Origin: Abditibacterium sp. | GTDB taxonomy: Bacteria > Armatimonadota > Abditibacteriia > Abditibacteriales > Abditibacteriaceae | DNA: 64,000 nt | NCBI GenBank assembly: GCA_965199495.1 | Contig: CBDASK010000003.1 | Location: forward strand, 3,072,001 to 3,136,000 | Direction: 5' to 3' | Shown here: positions 27,050 through 36,337 of the stretch, piece by piece | Position numbering within the stretch: the stretch's first letter is position 1 | Layout of the letters: each line of letters opens with the position of its first letter | Position numbers and translations under genes: made by a program | The notes under the pieces: model-generated | Told to the model about the DNA's origin: nothing | Databases searched by the model: none | Seen by the model: only the letters and a program-made list of their open reading frames with translations

Positions 27050-30000
27050 ATGAACCTCAAACGTTTCAAACAACTCGTGGCGCGCGCGGCTCTGGGCCTG
27101 ACTCTGGTGGCGGCTTCGCTGGGCAACGCGCGGGCGGCGCGCGCGGTTTGCGGCACGCCCGGCAAAGATGGGCCATTTACCGGCGGCGGCGTGGTCAACT
27201 CCTATTTCGCTTCGGCGCAGTCGGCCTCGGCGGGCGACCGAACCGTCATTTTGTCGTCGTCGCCGCGCGCTGACGGAGCGCAGACCGGCATCAGCGTGGG
27301 CGACTTGCTGCTGCTGTGGCAAACCCAGGGCGCCACCATTAACTCGACCAACAACGAAAGTTACGGATCGGGCAATGCCGCCAACAATGCGCGCGGTTAC
27401 ACCTCGCTCAACGGCGCGGGCAACTACGAATTCGTGCGCGTTACGGCGGTTAATGGCGGCACTCTCACCGTCGCGGGCGATGGCGCGGGCGGCGGTCTGC
27501 GTTTTTCTTATAGCTACGATCCGACGGCGATTCCGCGCCAGACGTTTCAGGTCGTGCGCGTGCCGCAGTATTCGAGCATGACTTTGACGAGCGCGCTGGC
27601 GCCGGTCAAGTTCGATGGCACCACGGGCGGCGGCATTTTCGTGGATGTTGCGGGCACCGTCACCTTCAGCACGACGACGGGCGCCAGCGTCTATCAGACC
27701 GGTTTTCGCGGCGGTTTCGCGCCGATCAACGACGCGGTCAACTCCAACTCCAATTCGGTCTATCCGATTCCCAACAAGCCGCGCAACGGCGCGGGCAAAG
27801 GCGAGGGCATCGCCGGGCGCCCGCGTTTCGTGTGGAACGAAACGACCGACACCGACAACGGCGTCGAGGGTTATCCCGGCGGCGACGGCGGGCGCGGCGC
27901 GCCCGGCAACGCGGGCGGCGGCGGCAACGCGCACAACTCGGGCGGCGGCGGCGGCTCGAATTCGGGCGCGGGCGGGCGCGGTGGCTATCCGTGGGAAGGC
28001 CAGCCCAGCCAGGCGGGCACCGTCTTCGACACCGTGGCCAACACCAATGGCACCACACGCCAGGTGCCGCGCGCCTGGGGCCAGGGCGCGGCGGCCTTGC
28101 TCAACGGCGGCGCGGCTTTTACCGATCATCTGTTTATGGGTGGTGGCGGCGGCGGCGGCGACGCCAACAATGCCACGACCGGCGTCAAGGGCGGCGTCGG
28201 CGGCGGCGTGATTATCCTGCGCGCGGGCAGTTTCGCGGGCGCCACGACCATTGATGCGCGCGGCGACGCCGGAGATCGCGGCGTCTTTGCCAACGCGCCC
28301 GACGGCGCGGGCGGCGGCGGCGCGGGCGGCACCGTGATTTTGGTTTCGCGCAATTCCAGTTCGGCCTCGATTACCGTCAACGCGCAGGGCGGCGCGGGCG
28401 GCAATACGGTCAACGATCCAATCGATCCGGGTTCGGGCGCCAACAACGGCACGACCTCGCACGGGCCGGGCGGCGGCGGCGGCGGCGGCACCGTGATCTA
28501 TTCGGGACTCAGCGTCACGGCCAACCTCGCGGGCGGCACGGCGGGCAAAACCAACGACGGCGGAACCGGCTCCATTTCGCACGGCGCGGCGGGCGGCGCG
28601 ACGGGTTTGACCGCGCCGCTCACTGCGGGGCAGGGCAATGGACTGACCGATAACGGCGACGGTTGCGCCGCGACTCTCACGGTCACCAAATCTACCACGA
28701 CGCCCTCTGTGGCTGCTGGCACCAACGCGACTTATCAGGTCACTATTGCCAACACGGGCACGGGGAGCGCGGCGGGCGTCGTGGTTGACGACGCGTTGCC
28801 GGTTCCTTTTGCCTACGATCCGGCCTCGCCCGCGACCATCATTTATACGGTGGGCGCGAGTGGCCCGGCGACGTTGGCGGGCACCAACAACACCGCTAAT
28901 GGCGTGACGACCACGCGTTTTGGCACGGCGGGTGACAGCACCAAAACCTTCTTCGTCGGCGCGGGCGCCAGCCTAACGCTGACTTTCGCGGTCAAAACCA
29001 CGGGCGCTCTGCCCGCCAAATACGATAACTCAGCGACCGTGCGTTTCGCTGAACCGCGCCGCACCGATGCCACAATTTTGGTTTCGCCTGGTGGCAAATA
29101 CGCCAATGGAACGACCGTTACGGGTTCCAATTACAACGGAACTCTGGCTGCCAACACCGCCGAAGACGTGACGATTCAGGGCAGCGTGAGCGGCACGGTC
29201 TATCTCGACGCCAACCGCAACGCCACGCTCGATAGCACCGAAAGCGGCGCGAATATCAACAATCTGTTCGTTAAAGCCGTTTTGTCGGGCCAAGCCAGCG
29301 CCGCGCAGGCCGTGCCGGTAACTGCCGCGACGGGCGCGTTCAGTTTCAGCGGGTTAGCGCCCGGTAATTACACGCTCGTGCTGGACGACAACGCGACTTT
29401 GACCGACATCACGCCCGCGCTTCCCGCCGGATATATCGGCACCGAATCGCCGGGCGGCACGCGGCAAATTACCGTCGCCAATCAGGCGCTTCAAAACCAG
29501 AACTTCGGTTTGTTCAACGGCGCGCAGATTAGCGGCAGCGTCTTCGAGGACGGCGGCAACGGCACTGGCCCCGGATTGGGCGGCGTCAAAGTCAATTTGA
29601 CCAAGGCCGACGGCACCATCATTGACACCACGACGACCGATGCCAGCGGCAATTTCGCCTTCAAAGTGCCCAACTCGGTCGGCGCGGGCGTGCTCAAAGT
29701 CGTCGAGTTCAACCTCAGCGGCTACAACTCGGTGAGCGGCAACATCGGCACAACCGGTGGCACTTACGATCAACCGACCGACATAATTTCGTTCCCCTAT
29801 GCGGCGGGTTCGACTTATACCGGACTCAAATTCGGCGATTCGCGCGGCATTACGTTTATTGGCGAAGACGCGAAAACCGGAACGGCGGGTTCGTCGGTGT
29901 TCTATCCGCACGTCTTCGCTTCGCAAACTGCGGGCAACGTGACTTTTACCACGGCGCAACTGCCGACGCCCGCCAACACGGGCTGGAGCGTGGTGACTTT

Positions 30001-30529
30001 CCGCGATAGCAACGGTAACGGCGTTTTGGATGGCGGCGACGCGCAGATCACCGGGCCGGTCGCCGTGGCTGCTGGCGTGCCGATCACGATATTCCTGCAA
30101 AACTTCATCCCGACAACCGCCGCCAATGGCGCGCAGGATAAGCTGACGGTGACAGCGAACTTCACGCCAACAACGGGCGCGGTTCAGTCCATCGCGCGCT
30201 CAGACTTGACGACTGTCGCCGCCAATCAAGGTTTGCTGTTGAGCAAAGCCGTGGACAAAACGACCGCCAAAAGCGGCGACGTTCTGGTTTACACCATCAC
30301 CTATCGCAATACGGGCGCCGAGGCTTTGACCAACCTCGTCGTCAAAGACGCGACGCCTTCTTACACAACATTCCAGAGCGCAACCACCGGGCCGCTCCCG
30401 ACTGGTTTAACGGCGCCAACGATCGCCGCGCCGAGCGCCAACGCCAAAGGCGCCGTGACGTGGACGTTCGGCGGCATTTTGAATCCGGGCCAGAGCGGAA
30501 CGGTGACATTTAATGTGAAGGTTCAGTAA
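27050..30529 (+). CDS. Secreted Gly-rich adhesin with DUF11 and SdrD-B-like domains (predicted fibre tip)
   Basis: GGAG RBS before the ATG at 27050; signal peptide then VCGTPGKDG; many GGGGG runs; GTVYLDANRN and GSVFED domains; C-terminal DUF11 domain ending TFNVKVQ. Confidence 0.85.
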   Translation: MNLKRFKQLVARAALGLTLVAASLGNARAARAVCGTPGKDGPFTGGGVVNSYFASAQSASAGDRTVILSSSPRADGAQTGISVGDLLLLWQTQGATINSTNNESYGSGNAANNARGYTSLNGAGNYEFVRVTAVNGGTLTVAGDGAGGGLRFSYSYDPTAIPRQTFQVVRVPQYSSMTLTSALAPVKFDGTTGGGIFVDVAGTVTFSTTTGASVYQTGFRGGFAPINDAVNSNSNSVYPIPNKPRNGAGKGEGIAGRPRFVWNETTDTDNGVEGYPGGDGGRGAPGNAGGGGNAHNSGGGGGSNSGAGGRGGYPWEGQPSQAGTVFDTVANTNGTTRQVPRAWGQGAAALLNGGAAFTDHLFMGGGGGGGDANNATTGVKGGVGGGVIILRAGSFAGATTIDARGDAGDRGVFANAPDGAGGGGAGGTVILVSRNSSSASITVNAQGGAGGNTVNDPIDPGSGANNGTTSHGPGGGGGGGTVIYSGLSVTANLAGGTAGKTNDGGTGSISHGAAGGATGLTAPLTAGQGNGLTDNGDGCAATLTVTKSTTTPSVAAGTNATYQVTIANTGTGSAAGVVVDDALPVPFAYDPASPATIIYTVGASGPATLAGTNNTANGVTTTRFGTAGDSTKTFFVGAGASLTLTFAVKTTGALPAKYDNSATVRFAEPRRTDATILVSPGGKYANGTTVTGSNYNGTLAANTAEDVTIQGSVSGTVYLDANRNATLDSTESGANINNLFVKAVLSGQASAAQAVPVTAATGAFSFSGLAPGNYTLVLDDNATLTDITPALPAGYIGTESPGGTRQITVANQALQNQNFGLFNGAQISGSVFEDGGNGTGPGLGGVKVNLTKADGTIIDTTTTDASGNFAFKVPNSVGAGVLKVVEFNLSGYNSVSGNIGTTGGTYDQPTDIISFPYAAGSTYTGLKFGDSRGITFIGEDAKTGTAGSSVFYPHVFASQTAGNVTFTTAQLPTPANTGWSVVTFRDSNGNGVLDGGDAQITGPVAVAAGVPITIFLQNFIPTTAANGAQDKLTVTANFTPTTGAVQSIARSDLTTVAANQGLLLSKAVDKTTAKSGDVLVYTITYRNTGAEALTNLVVKDATPSYTTFQSATTGPLPTGLTAPTIAAPSANAKGAVTWTFGGILNPGQSGTVTFNVKVQ

Positions 30530-30539
30530 AAGTAGCGCG

Positions 30540-30580
30540 ACAAAAAAGAGCCAGCGAGACTGTTCGCTGGCTCTTTTTGT
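30540..30580. terminator. Bidirectional intrinsic terminator
   Basis: AAAAAAGAGCCAGCGA-loop-TCGCTGGCTCTTTTT between convergent genes. Confidence 0.85.
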
Positions 30581-31783
30581 TTAATTGTTCGAGGCCGACG
30601 CGCCGATGGAAAATATCAGGAACAAACGCAGCAACGCGAAAGCTAATCCCATCATCCAGCCCGCTAAGGCCACGTTGACCAGACGATTATTCTGTTCATC
30701 GAAGTAGCGCCACAGGAAAATGCCGAGCGGAAAACACGAAGCGCAAAAAACGAAAGTGAGGGCCGAAAAAACAAAGCGGTGCGCTAATTCGACGACATCA
30801 ATGGGCGCTTTGGTCGAATGCGGCGTGCGCTGGTTGAACCCGGCATAGCGCGCTATGCCGGGCAAGTGGCCCAGAAACGCGAAGCCGTTAAGACAAACGC
30901 CGATCCAGCACAATCCCGAATATGCCAGCATCCAAAACCCCCAGCCCAACTTTTCAGATGTCGCGTTGGAACGCGAGAAGGAAGGGAATAATCCATAGGT
31001 ATAATCGTTGGCCGAATCAACGAAGTCGCGAAGTATCAAAGTGAGCATCGCCAGCGTCAAAATAGTCGCCGCTCCGCTCGCGAACTTTTGGATGTCGGAG
31101 CGCTCGGCCAAAAATGCGACCACAACTCCAATAAACGGCAGCAGCATCAACACCACAAACGCGGGCGAGTAGACGAACAACGCCATCCCATTAGAGCTGC
31201 CGTAATATATTTTGATAGTCACCGGCAGGAAGGCAGCCACGGCGAGGCTTACAACTGCAAAGGCGCCCAGCACATAGACGGGCAACATCGCGCGCGAATC
31301 GGCCTGTAATCCCAGTGGATGGGTTGGGAGTTGGAACTGAATTTTGGGAAACAAATTCGGTCGCGCGATGTTGGGCAACTCCTCTTTGCGGAGCGCTACA
31401 ACCAAGGCAAAGGCTGCGGAAACGGCCAGCAGAAATTCTATCTGGCTGTTCTCGATGCGAAATGCGCCCCGATTTCCGTTGCTAAAGACTTCAAACGCGC
31501 GGTAGAGACAAGCCATAGCGAAAATTATCGTGATCGCCCAGGCGGCCCGACGAAAAATTTTGTCGTTCACGCAAGCGCCATAAAACATCGCGCCGAGCGC
31601 CGACAAACCCAATCCAATCAAACCGACAAAATACAATGTCTGCAAATTACCGGTCAGCATATCTTGGAAGACGTAACTGAAAAAACCGAGAGATTTCCAC
31701 TCGAAAACTCCCCTTATCAAGGGAAAAGTCAGAGCCACTAACCCAATTATAAACGACAATACCGCACACAATAATCGAACCAT
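30581..31783 (-). CDS. Hypothetical polytopic membrane protein
   Basis: 400-aa ORF with about 10 hydrophobic segments; no recognised motif. Confidence 0.65.
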   Translation of the reverse strand: MVRLLCAVLSFIIGLVALTFPLIRGVFEWKSLGFFSYVFQDMLTGNLQTLYFVGLIGLGLSALGAMFYGACVNDKIFRRAAWAITIIFAMACLYRAFEVFSNGNRGAFRIENSQIEFLLAVSAAFALVVALRKEELPNIARPNLFPKIQFQLPTHPLGLQADSRAMLPVYVLGAFAVVSLAVAAFLPVTIKIYYGSSNGMALFVYSPAFVVLMLLPFIGVVVAFLAERSDIQKFASGAATILTLAMLTLILRDFVDSANDYTYGLFPSFSRSNATSEKLGWGFWMLAYSGLCWIGVCLNGFAFLGHLPGIARYAGFNQRTPHSTKAPIDVVELAHRFVFSALTFVFCASCFPLGIFLWRYFDEQNNRLVNVALAGWMMGLAFALLRLFLIFSIGASASNN

Positions 31784-31819
31784 AATTCAACAGTAAAACA
31801 AACTCGCGTGCGCCGCCAC

Positions 31820-33436
31820 TTACTTCAACTTCACCCGAAACAGCGTGCGCGACAGATAGCCCAAAACGCCGATGAACATCATCGCGCCCGCGAAAGCGGC
31901 GCCCAATCGTTTCATGCCCATCGAAGCGAACGATTGCTCGAACTGTATCAATTGCTGGTCATCCACGCGAAAGCGCAGTTCGCCATCGCTTAATCGCGTT
32001 AATAAGCGCAGCGCTTCTTCGGGCAAAATCTCCGAGTAAGTCAGCGTATCGAACGCCTTTTCCTGTGTCTCGTCCTTAATGCGTTTCAAATTCAAACGCG
32101 ATTGCACGATTTCTCCGGCGAACTCGCGAAACAGTCCCGTCATATCAAATTCGGGATCTAAACTGCGCCCCATCGCTTCGGTTGTGTAAAGCGCCTTTCC
32201 CAAAAGCGCCAGACTCGCCGGAAAGTAAACGCCGTTGCGGCGCCCGCTCTCCAACACTTTGCCAAACGCCTCGCCCAGCCGCATCTGGCGCAATGTGCCG
32301 CCCATCCACAAATACAAAATATCATCCACATCGTGCTCGAATGAAGGCAAATTAACGTTGCGGCCCGTCTTGGCCAGCCTCATCAGATGACGCAATGCGC
32401 TTTCGCTATCGTGATGGAGCAAACCCATGAAAAACGCCGACAATTCCCAGCGTTCGCGCTCATTCAAACGCCCGACCATGCCGTAGTCAATGAACGCGAA
32501 GACGTTGTTTTTCATCGCGAAATAGTTGCCGGGATGCGGGTCGGCGTGAAAAAATCCGTCAATGAATATCTGCCGCAAAATCGCGTGCGCTCCGTTGCGC
32601 GCGAAGATTTTCGGGTTGATGCCGACGTCAATTAAATGCGCGCGACTGCCGACTGGTTCGCCCTCGATTAAGTCCATCGTCAAAACGCGCGAAGTCGAAT
32701 ACCCGTCGAAGATGCGCGCGATTTTTACCGTCTTGCTCCCGGCAAACATCGCCTCGAAGCGCTTGGCGTGGCTGGCTTCGCGCGTGAAGTCCAATTCGCG
32801 CTCCAAGGCGTCGGCGAACTGCTCGAACAGAGCCACCGGGCGATAGCCCGCCAGTTCGGGCGCGTGCCGCTCGATCCAACGCGCCAAGTAGCGCAGCAAA
32901 CTAATATCCTGCTGCACAATCGGCTGGATGCCGGGCCGTTGCACTTTGACCGCGACCATTTCGCCGGTAAACAATTTCGCCCGATAAACCTGAGCGAGCG
33001 AGGCCGCGCCAATTGGTTCGGCGTCGAATTCATCGAACAAAACCGCGATCTTTTTGCCCAACTCTGATTCGATAATCTGGCGCGCTTCCTCAAAGGGAAC
33101 CGGCGGCACTTGATCGGTCAATTTGCCCAGTTCTTCCATATATTCGGGCGGCAACAAGTCCGAGCGCACCGACAGCATCTGGCCCAATTTGATATAAGTC
33201 GGCCCCAGCCGAATCAGCAAAACCCGCAAACGTTCGGCGTCGGTCGAGGCGCGCGCCTGTTCGAGTTGCCCTTCGTTGAGCCGCAGAAATCCCAATACGC
33301 GATGATGCCAGTAGATAAATTGCGTCAAGTGCGCCTGCGTCAACGCGTAAGCGAAACCCGCCTCGGAAATCAGCGTGATGACGTTGCGCAGTCGTTTGAT
33401 ATCGGCGACTTTGGCGGGCAGAGCGAGAAGAGACAT
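31820..33436 (-). CDS. ABC1/UbiB/AarF family atypical kinase
   Basis: LGPTYIKLGQMLS, AASLAQVYRA, VAVKVQRPGI, ELDFTRE, GFFHADPHPGN, IDYGMVG. Confidence 0.93.
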   Translation of the reverse strand: MSLLALPAKVADIKRLRNVITLISEAGFAYALTQAHLTQFIYWHHRVLGFLRLNEGQLEQARASTDAERLRVLLIRLGPTYIKLGQMLSVRSDLLPPEYMEELGKLTDQVPPVPFEEARQIIESELGKKIAVLFDEFDAEPIGAASLAQVYRAKLFTGEMVAVKVQRPGIQPIVQQDISLLRYLARWIERHAPELAGYRPVALFEQFADALERELDFTREASHAKRFEAMFAGSKTVKIARIFDGYSTSRVLTMDLIEGEPVGSRAHLIDVGINPKIFARNGAHAILRQIFIDGFFHADPHPGNYFAMKNNVFAFIDYGMVGRLNERERWELSAFFMGLLHHDSESALRHLMRLAKTGRNVNLPSFEHDVDDILYLWMGGTLRQMRLGEAFGKVLESGRRNGVYFPASLALLGKALYTTEAMGRSLDPEFDMTGLFREFAGEIVQSRLNLKRIKDETQEKAFDTLTYSEILPEEALRLLTRLSDGELRFRVDDQQLIQFEQSFASMGMKRLGAAFAGAMMFIGVLGYLSRTLFRVKLK

Positions 33437-33489
33437 GAGCCATTAAAGGCTACACCAATCGCGCGCCCGCGAACGCTGCGCGAATCATC

Positions 33490-33828
33490 TCAACTGACGA
33501 AAGTATCGAGTTTGGAAAGCACAACCGGCAGACGCCGCGAACGCTTGGCGCGTAGCGCCGCGATGTTTTCCAGTTCGATGCCCAGAAACTCTCGGCAAAG
33601 AAAAAGTAGCGCGCAAAACGCCAAATTCTGCGTCGCCGCCACGACGTGCTGGCGCGCCGCCATGTGCGTGAGATAACTCTCGATTTCCGGCACTCCCATC
33701 TCTAAAGGTCGCTTCCTATGAAAGCGCAGGAAACGCTCGATGGTAAGCAGATAAGATTCTTCGGTGCGCCCACTCATGCGCCGCACCCGCATAAACTCGC
33801 TGATTTGCCGCAAAAGTTCGCTTAACAT
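33490..33828 (-). pseudogene. intI: Truncated integron integrase (N-terminal SAM-like domain only)
   Basis: MRVRRMSGRTEESY...FLRFH.KRP.EMG..EI..YLTHMA....V.AATQNLAFCALLFL....L...RAKRSRRLPVVLS is the IntI N-terminus; it stops 8 codons later and the catalytic domain is absent. Confidence 0.85.
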
Positions 33829-33954
33829 GTGCCGTCGCCACGTTGTGGGCGATTGGATGAATTAGGATACATAGCGGTATTTTACTCAATTTAGGTGTGT
33901 TATGCCGACGTGAAAAACTTTGTTGTAAATCGCGGTTTTATGTGCTATGCTAAA

Positions 33955-34007
33955 CGCAGAATTCGTTATTAAACCGCTTCAGCGTCGGCTTAATAACAGT
34001 GTTCTGT
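33955..34007. other. Putative integron attachment site (attI region or attC-like hairpin)
   Basis: GCAGAAT..GTTATTAAACCG-loop-CGGCTTAATAAC..GTTCTGT upstream of and divergent from intI; candidate G^TT crossover at 34001. Confidence 0.5.
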
Positions 34008-34176
34008 CGTCGCGTCAGCTTTTGGGGCGCGGCAAAAAAGTAAAGCGAAAAAGGAATACAAATAGCTCAACTTTCCCACACTCATTAGAGAGACTGTACC
34101 TGATGATTCAACTCCTTTATGGCATAATTTCAAATAGGCCATTTAACTCTGCGCTGTGTCGGTCGGAGTAAAACTC

Positions 34177-34401
34177 ATGTTTTGGATAATTGTAGCGATA
34201 CCCATTGTTCTTTTAATTCTGGCACTTCTGCTGGAGCCACTGGCGCAAAGCAGGCGCGAACGCGCGATATTTGAGCAGATGAAGAATGCGCGTGATGCGA
34301 ATGAAGCAAAAGCCGTAATGAATTCTGCAATAGACGCGAATAAGGACAAAACAAAGTTGCCTGAAGATTGGAACGATTCATATCGCCACTGGCAAAAATA
34401 A
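34177..34401 (+). CDS. Small membrane-anchored hypothetical protein, probable integron gene cassette
   Basis: GGAG RBS then ATG; single N-terminal TM helix; AT-rich; cassette orientation relative to intI; followed by CCCCAAC and GCCGAAC inverse-core-like boxes. Confidence 0.6.
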   Translation: MFWIIVAIPIVLLILALLLEPLAQSRRERAIFEQMKNARDANEAKAVMNSAIDANKDKTKLPEDWNDSYRHWQK

Positions 34402-34495
34402 TGTCCGCACTAATCCCCAACAACAGCCGAACAAGAGATTATGTTGGCAAGAGGCCATATCCCACTTTTTCAGCAACTATTTCGCTTTTCACCAA

Positions 34496-34699
34496 TTAAG
34501 AGTGGTTATGGAGCGACTGTGACTGCCAGCTCGCATCAAACGGCTTCTGATGCTTCAACACGCCGTAAACGATCATCAACATCTTCCTCATGCACGCCGC
34601 CAGCGCTACCCTGCGCGGTTTGCCCGCCGCAATCAATCGCTGATAATGCGCTTTGATCAGAGGATTCCACGTTAGACCCGTTACGGCGGGAAAAACCAT
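34496..34699 (-). mobile_element. IS110-family transposase C-terminal remnant
   Basis: FPAVTGLTWNPLIKAHYQRLIAAGKPRRVALAACMRKMLMIVYGVLKHQKPFD is a typical IS110 C-terminus; the upstream part is missing. Confidence 0.85.
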
Positions 34700-34860
34700 C
34701 GCTTTTCGTAATCGCGTGTTGACCTACTTGCTTAATCGTGTGTAGGGCGAACGCTTGCGCCGCTGCGATATTCACGCGGAGCCAATTAGGCGGCGCACGG
34801 CTTGACAGGAAATGAAAGAGTCTATCCTACTATTTGTAGGAGAAAATCCAAAAGGAAGAT

Positions 34861-35142
34861 ATGCAATACGTTCTTATTATTCACGAAGTCGAAGATTATG
34901 CCGCATGGAAAGCGATTTTTGATGACGCAGCACAACTCCGCAAGGAAGCCGGAGAAATCAGTTATCAGTTGCTCAAGTTTGAAAATGACGCTACCAACCT
35001 CGTGCATTTCTCACGATGGAGTTCATTGCAAAACGCCAAGAACTTCTTCGAGTCGGAACGGTTAGTTGAAATTCGTAAACAAGCGGGTGTCAAAGCGCCC
35101 CAATTCGTCTATTTAGATGAAATTGAAAGTGGCATTTTATAG
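34861..35142 (+). CDS. Antibiotic biosynthesis monooxygenase-like small protein (dimeric alpha-beta barrel)
   Basis: MQYVLIIHEVEDYAAWKAIFD...AGEISYQLL...FFES; RBS-like AAGGAAG. Confidence 0.8.
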   Translation: MQYVLIIHEVEDYAAWKAIFDDAAQLRKEAGEISYQLLKFENDATNLVHFSRWSSLQNAKNFFESERLVEIRKQAGVKAPQFVYLDEIESGIL

Positions 35143-35325
35143 TGAAGAACACGATTTGGGCACCGGGCGTTGCTGTTAGCTCCATTGGAATCACGCTCCC
35201 AACGCACACATTCCGTGTAATACCAACCGCAACACAACGAGGCGCTAATCTCGACCGCTTCCAGTTTCGCGCTTGTCGCGTAAGTTACAGGAATTTAAAG
35301 CGAGAAGACTGAAACTTTCGGTTTT

Positions 35326-36237
35326 TCAGCGCACCTCTGCGCCCTTCGCCGCGTGTTGAAACTCTTGCAAAATGGCGCGCACTGGCAAACGCTCGTCGTC
35401 ACGGGCAATGGCCGCGCTGAAATCAATGTGGCCCTGCGGCGCGCGCAAGGGTTTAAAAGTGACGTTGGAAGAAGGCATTTGTTGCACATCGTCCGGCACG
35501 ATTCCCACGCCGGAACCGCTGCCGATGAGCGCCAATAAGCTCGAAAGTCCGTCGGCCTGGTGCGCGATGCGCGGCGTGAAGCCGGCCTGGCGACAAACGG
35601 CGTGCACCAGTTCATTGCGACCGGGAAAAGTCGTCTCGTCCAGTCCGATGAACTCTTCGTTTTGTAGTTCGCCAACTTTGAGAAGGGCGCGCCCCGCCAA
35701 CCGGTGCGCCGAATTGAGCGCGGCCATCAAAGCGATGCGGCAAATCGTCGTTAATTGAAATTCGCGGCCCACTTCGGGCGCGGCGTGGCCGATGAGCGCG
35801 ATGTCGAGCCGTCCCGCGCGCAACGCTTCGATCTGGCGGCCCGGCGAGAGTTCAAATAATTTGATTTCGACTTGCGCGTGCTTTTGATGAAAGATTTGCA
35901 ACGCGGCGCCCAAAAAACTGCCCAGCGCGGGCGCGATGTAGCCGATGGCGATGTTGCTGTTGCGACATTCGATAAAGCGCCGCATCGAAAGCACGGCTTC
36001 GGCGCTCTGCTCGGTAATTTGGCGCGCCTGGGGCAAAAACTCGCGGCCCGCCGGAGTGAGGCTCATGCCCGACGCGGTGCGCGCGAACACAGCCACGCCC
36101 AATAGCTTCTCCAAATCTTTGATCTGGCGACTCAACGCGGGTTGCGTGATGAACAGGCGCGCCGCCGCGCGCGTGATGTTGCCTTCTTCGGCCACCGCCA
36201 CGAAATAACGCAGATGTCGCAATTCCATCTGTGCCAT
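35326..36237 (-). CDS. LysR family transcriptional regulator
   Basis: MELRHLRYFVAVAEEGNITRAAARLFITQPALSRQIKDLE; divergent from the pirin gene. Confidence 0.95.
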   Translation of the reverse strand: MAQMELRHLRYFVAVAEEGNITRAAARLFITQPALSRQIKDLEKLLGVAVFARTASGMSLTPAGREFLPQARQITEQSAEAVLSMRRFIECRNSNIAIGYIAPALGSFLGAALQIFHQKHAQVEIKLFELSPGRQIEALRAGRLDIALIGHAAPEVGREFQLTTICRIALMAALNSAHRLAGRALLKVGELQNEEFIGLDETTFPGRNELVHAVCRQAGFTPRIAHQADGLSSLLALIGSGSGVGIVPDDVQQMPSSNVTFKPLRAPQGHIDFSAAIARDDERLPVRAILQEFQHAAKGAEVR

Positions 36238-36337
36238 TATAACCGAAAAGCATGGCGCGCCCCAAAAATAGGCATTGGGCAAAGCGGATGGGGCGAGGGA
36301 AAATGAGAAGCGAACCTTTTCAATAAGGACGATTCAC

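Noticed and set aside
17917..30100. Long antisense ORFs over the DUF11 operon (for example 27008..28582, 524 aa)
   Set aside because: Shadow frames typical of GC-rich coding DNA; Arg/Ala-rich with no motifs.
34802..34833. TTGACA promoter upstream of the monooxygenase-like gene
   Set aside because: Candidate -10 boxes lie at 15- or 20-nt spacing, which is not convincing.
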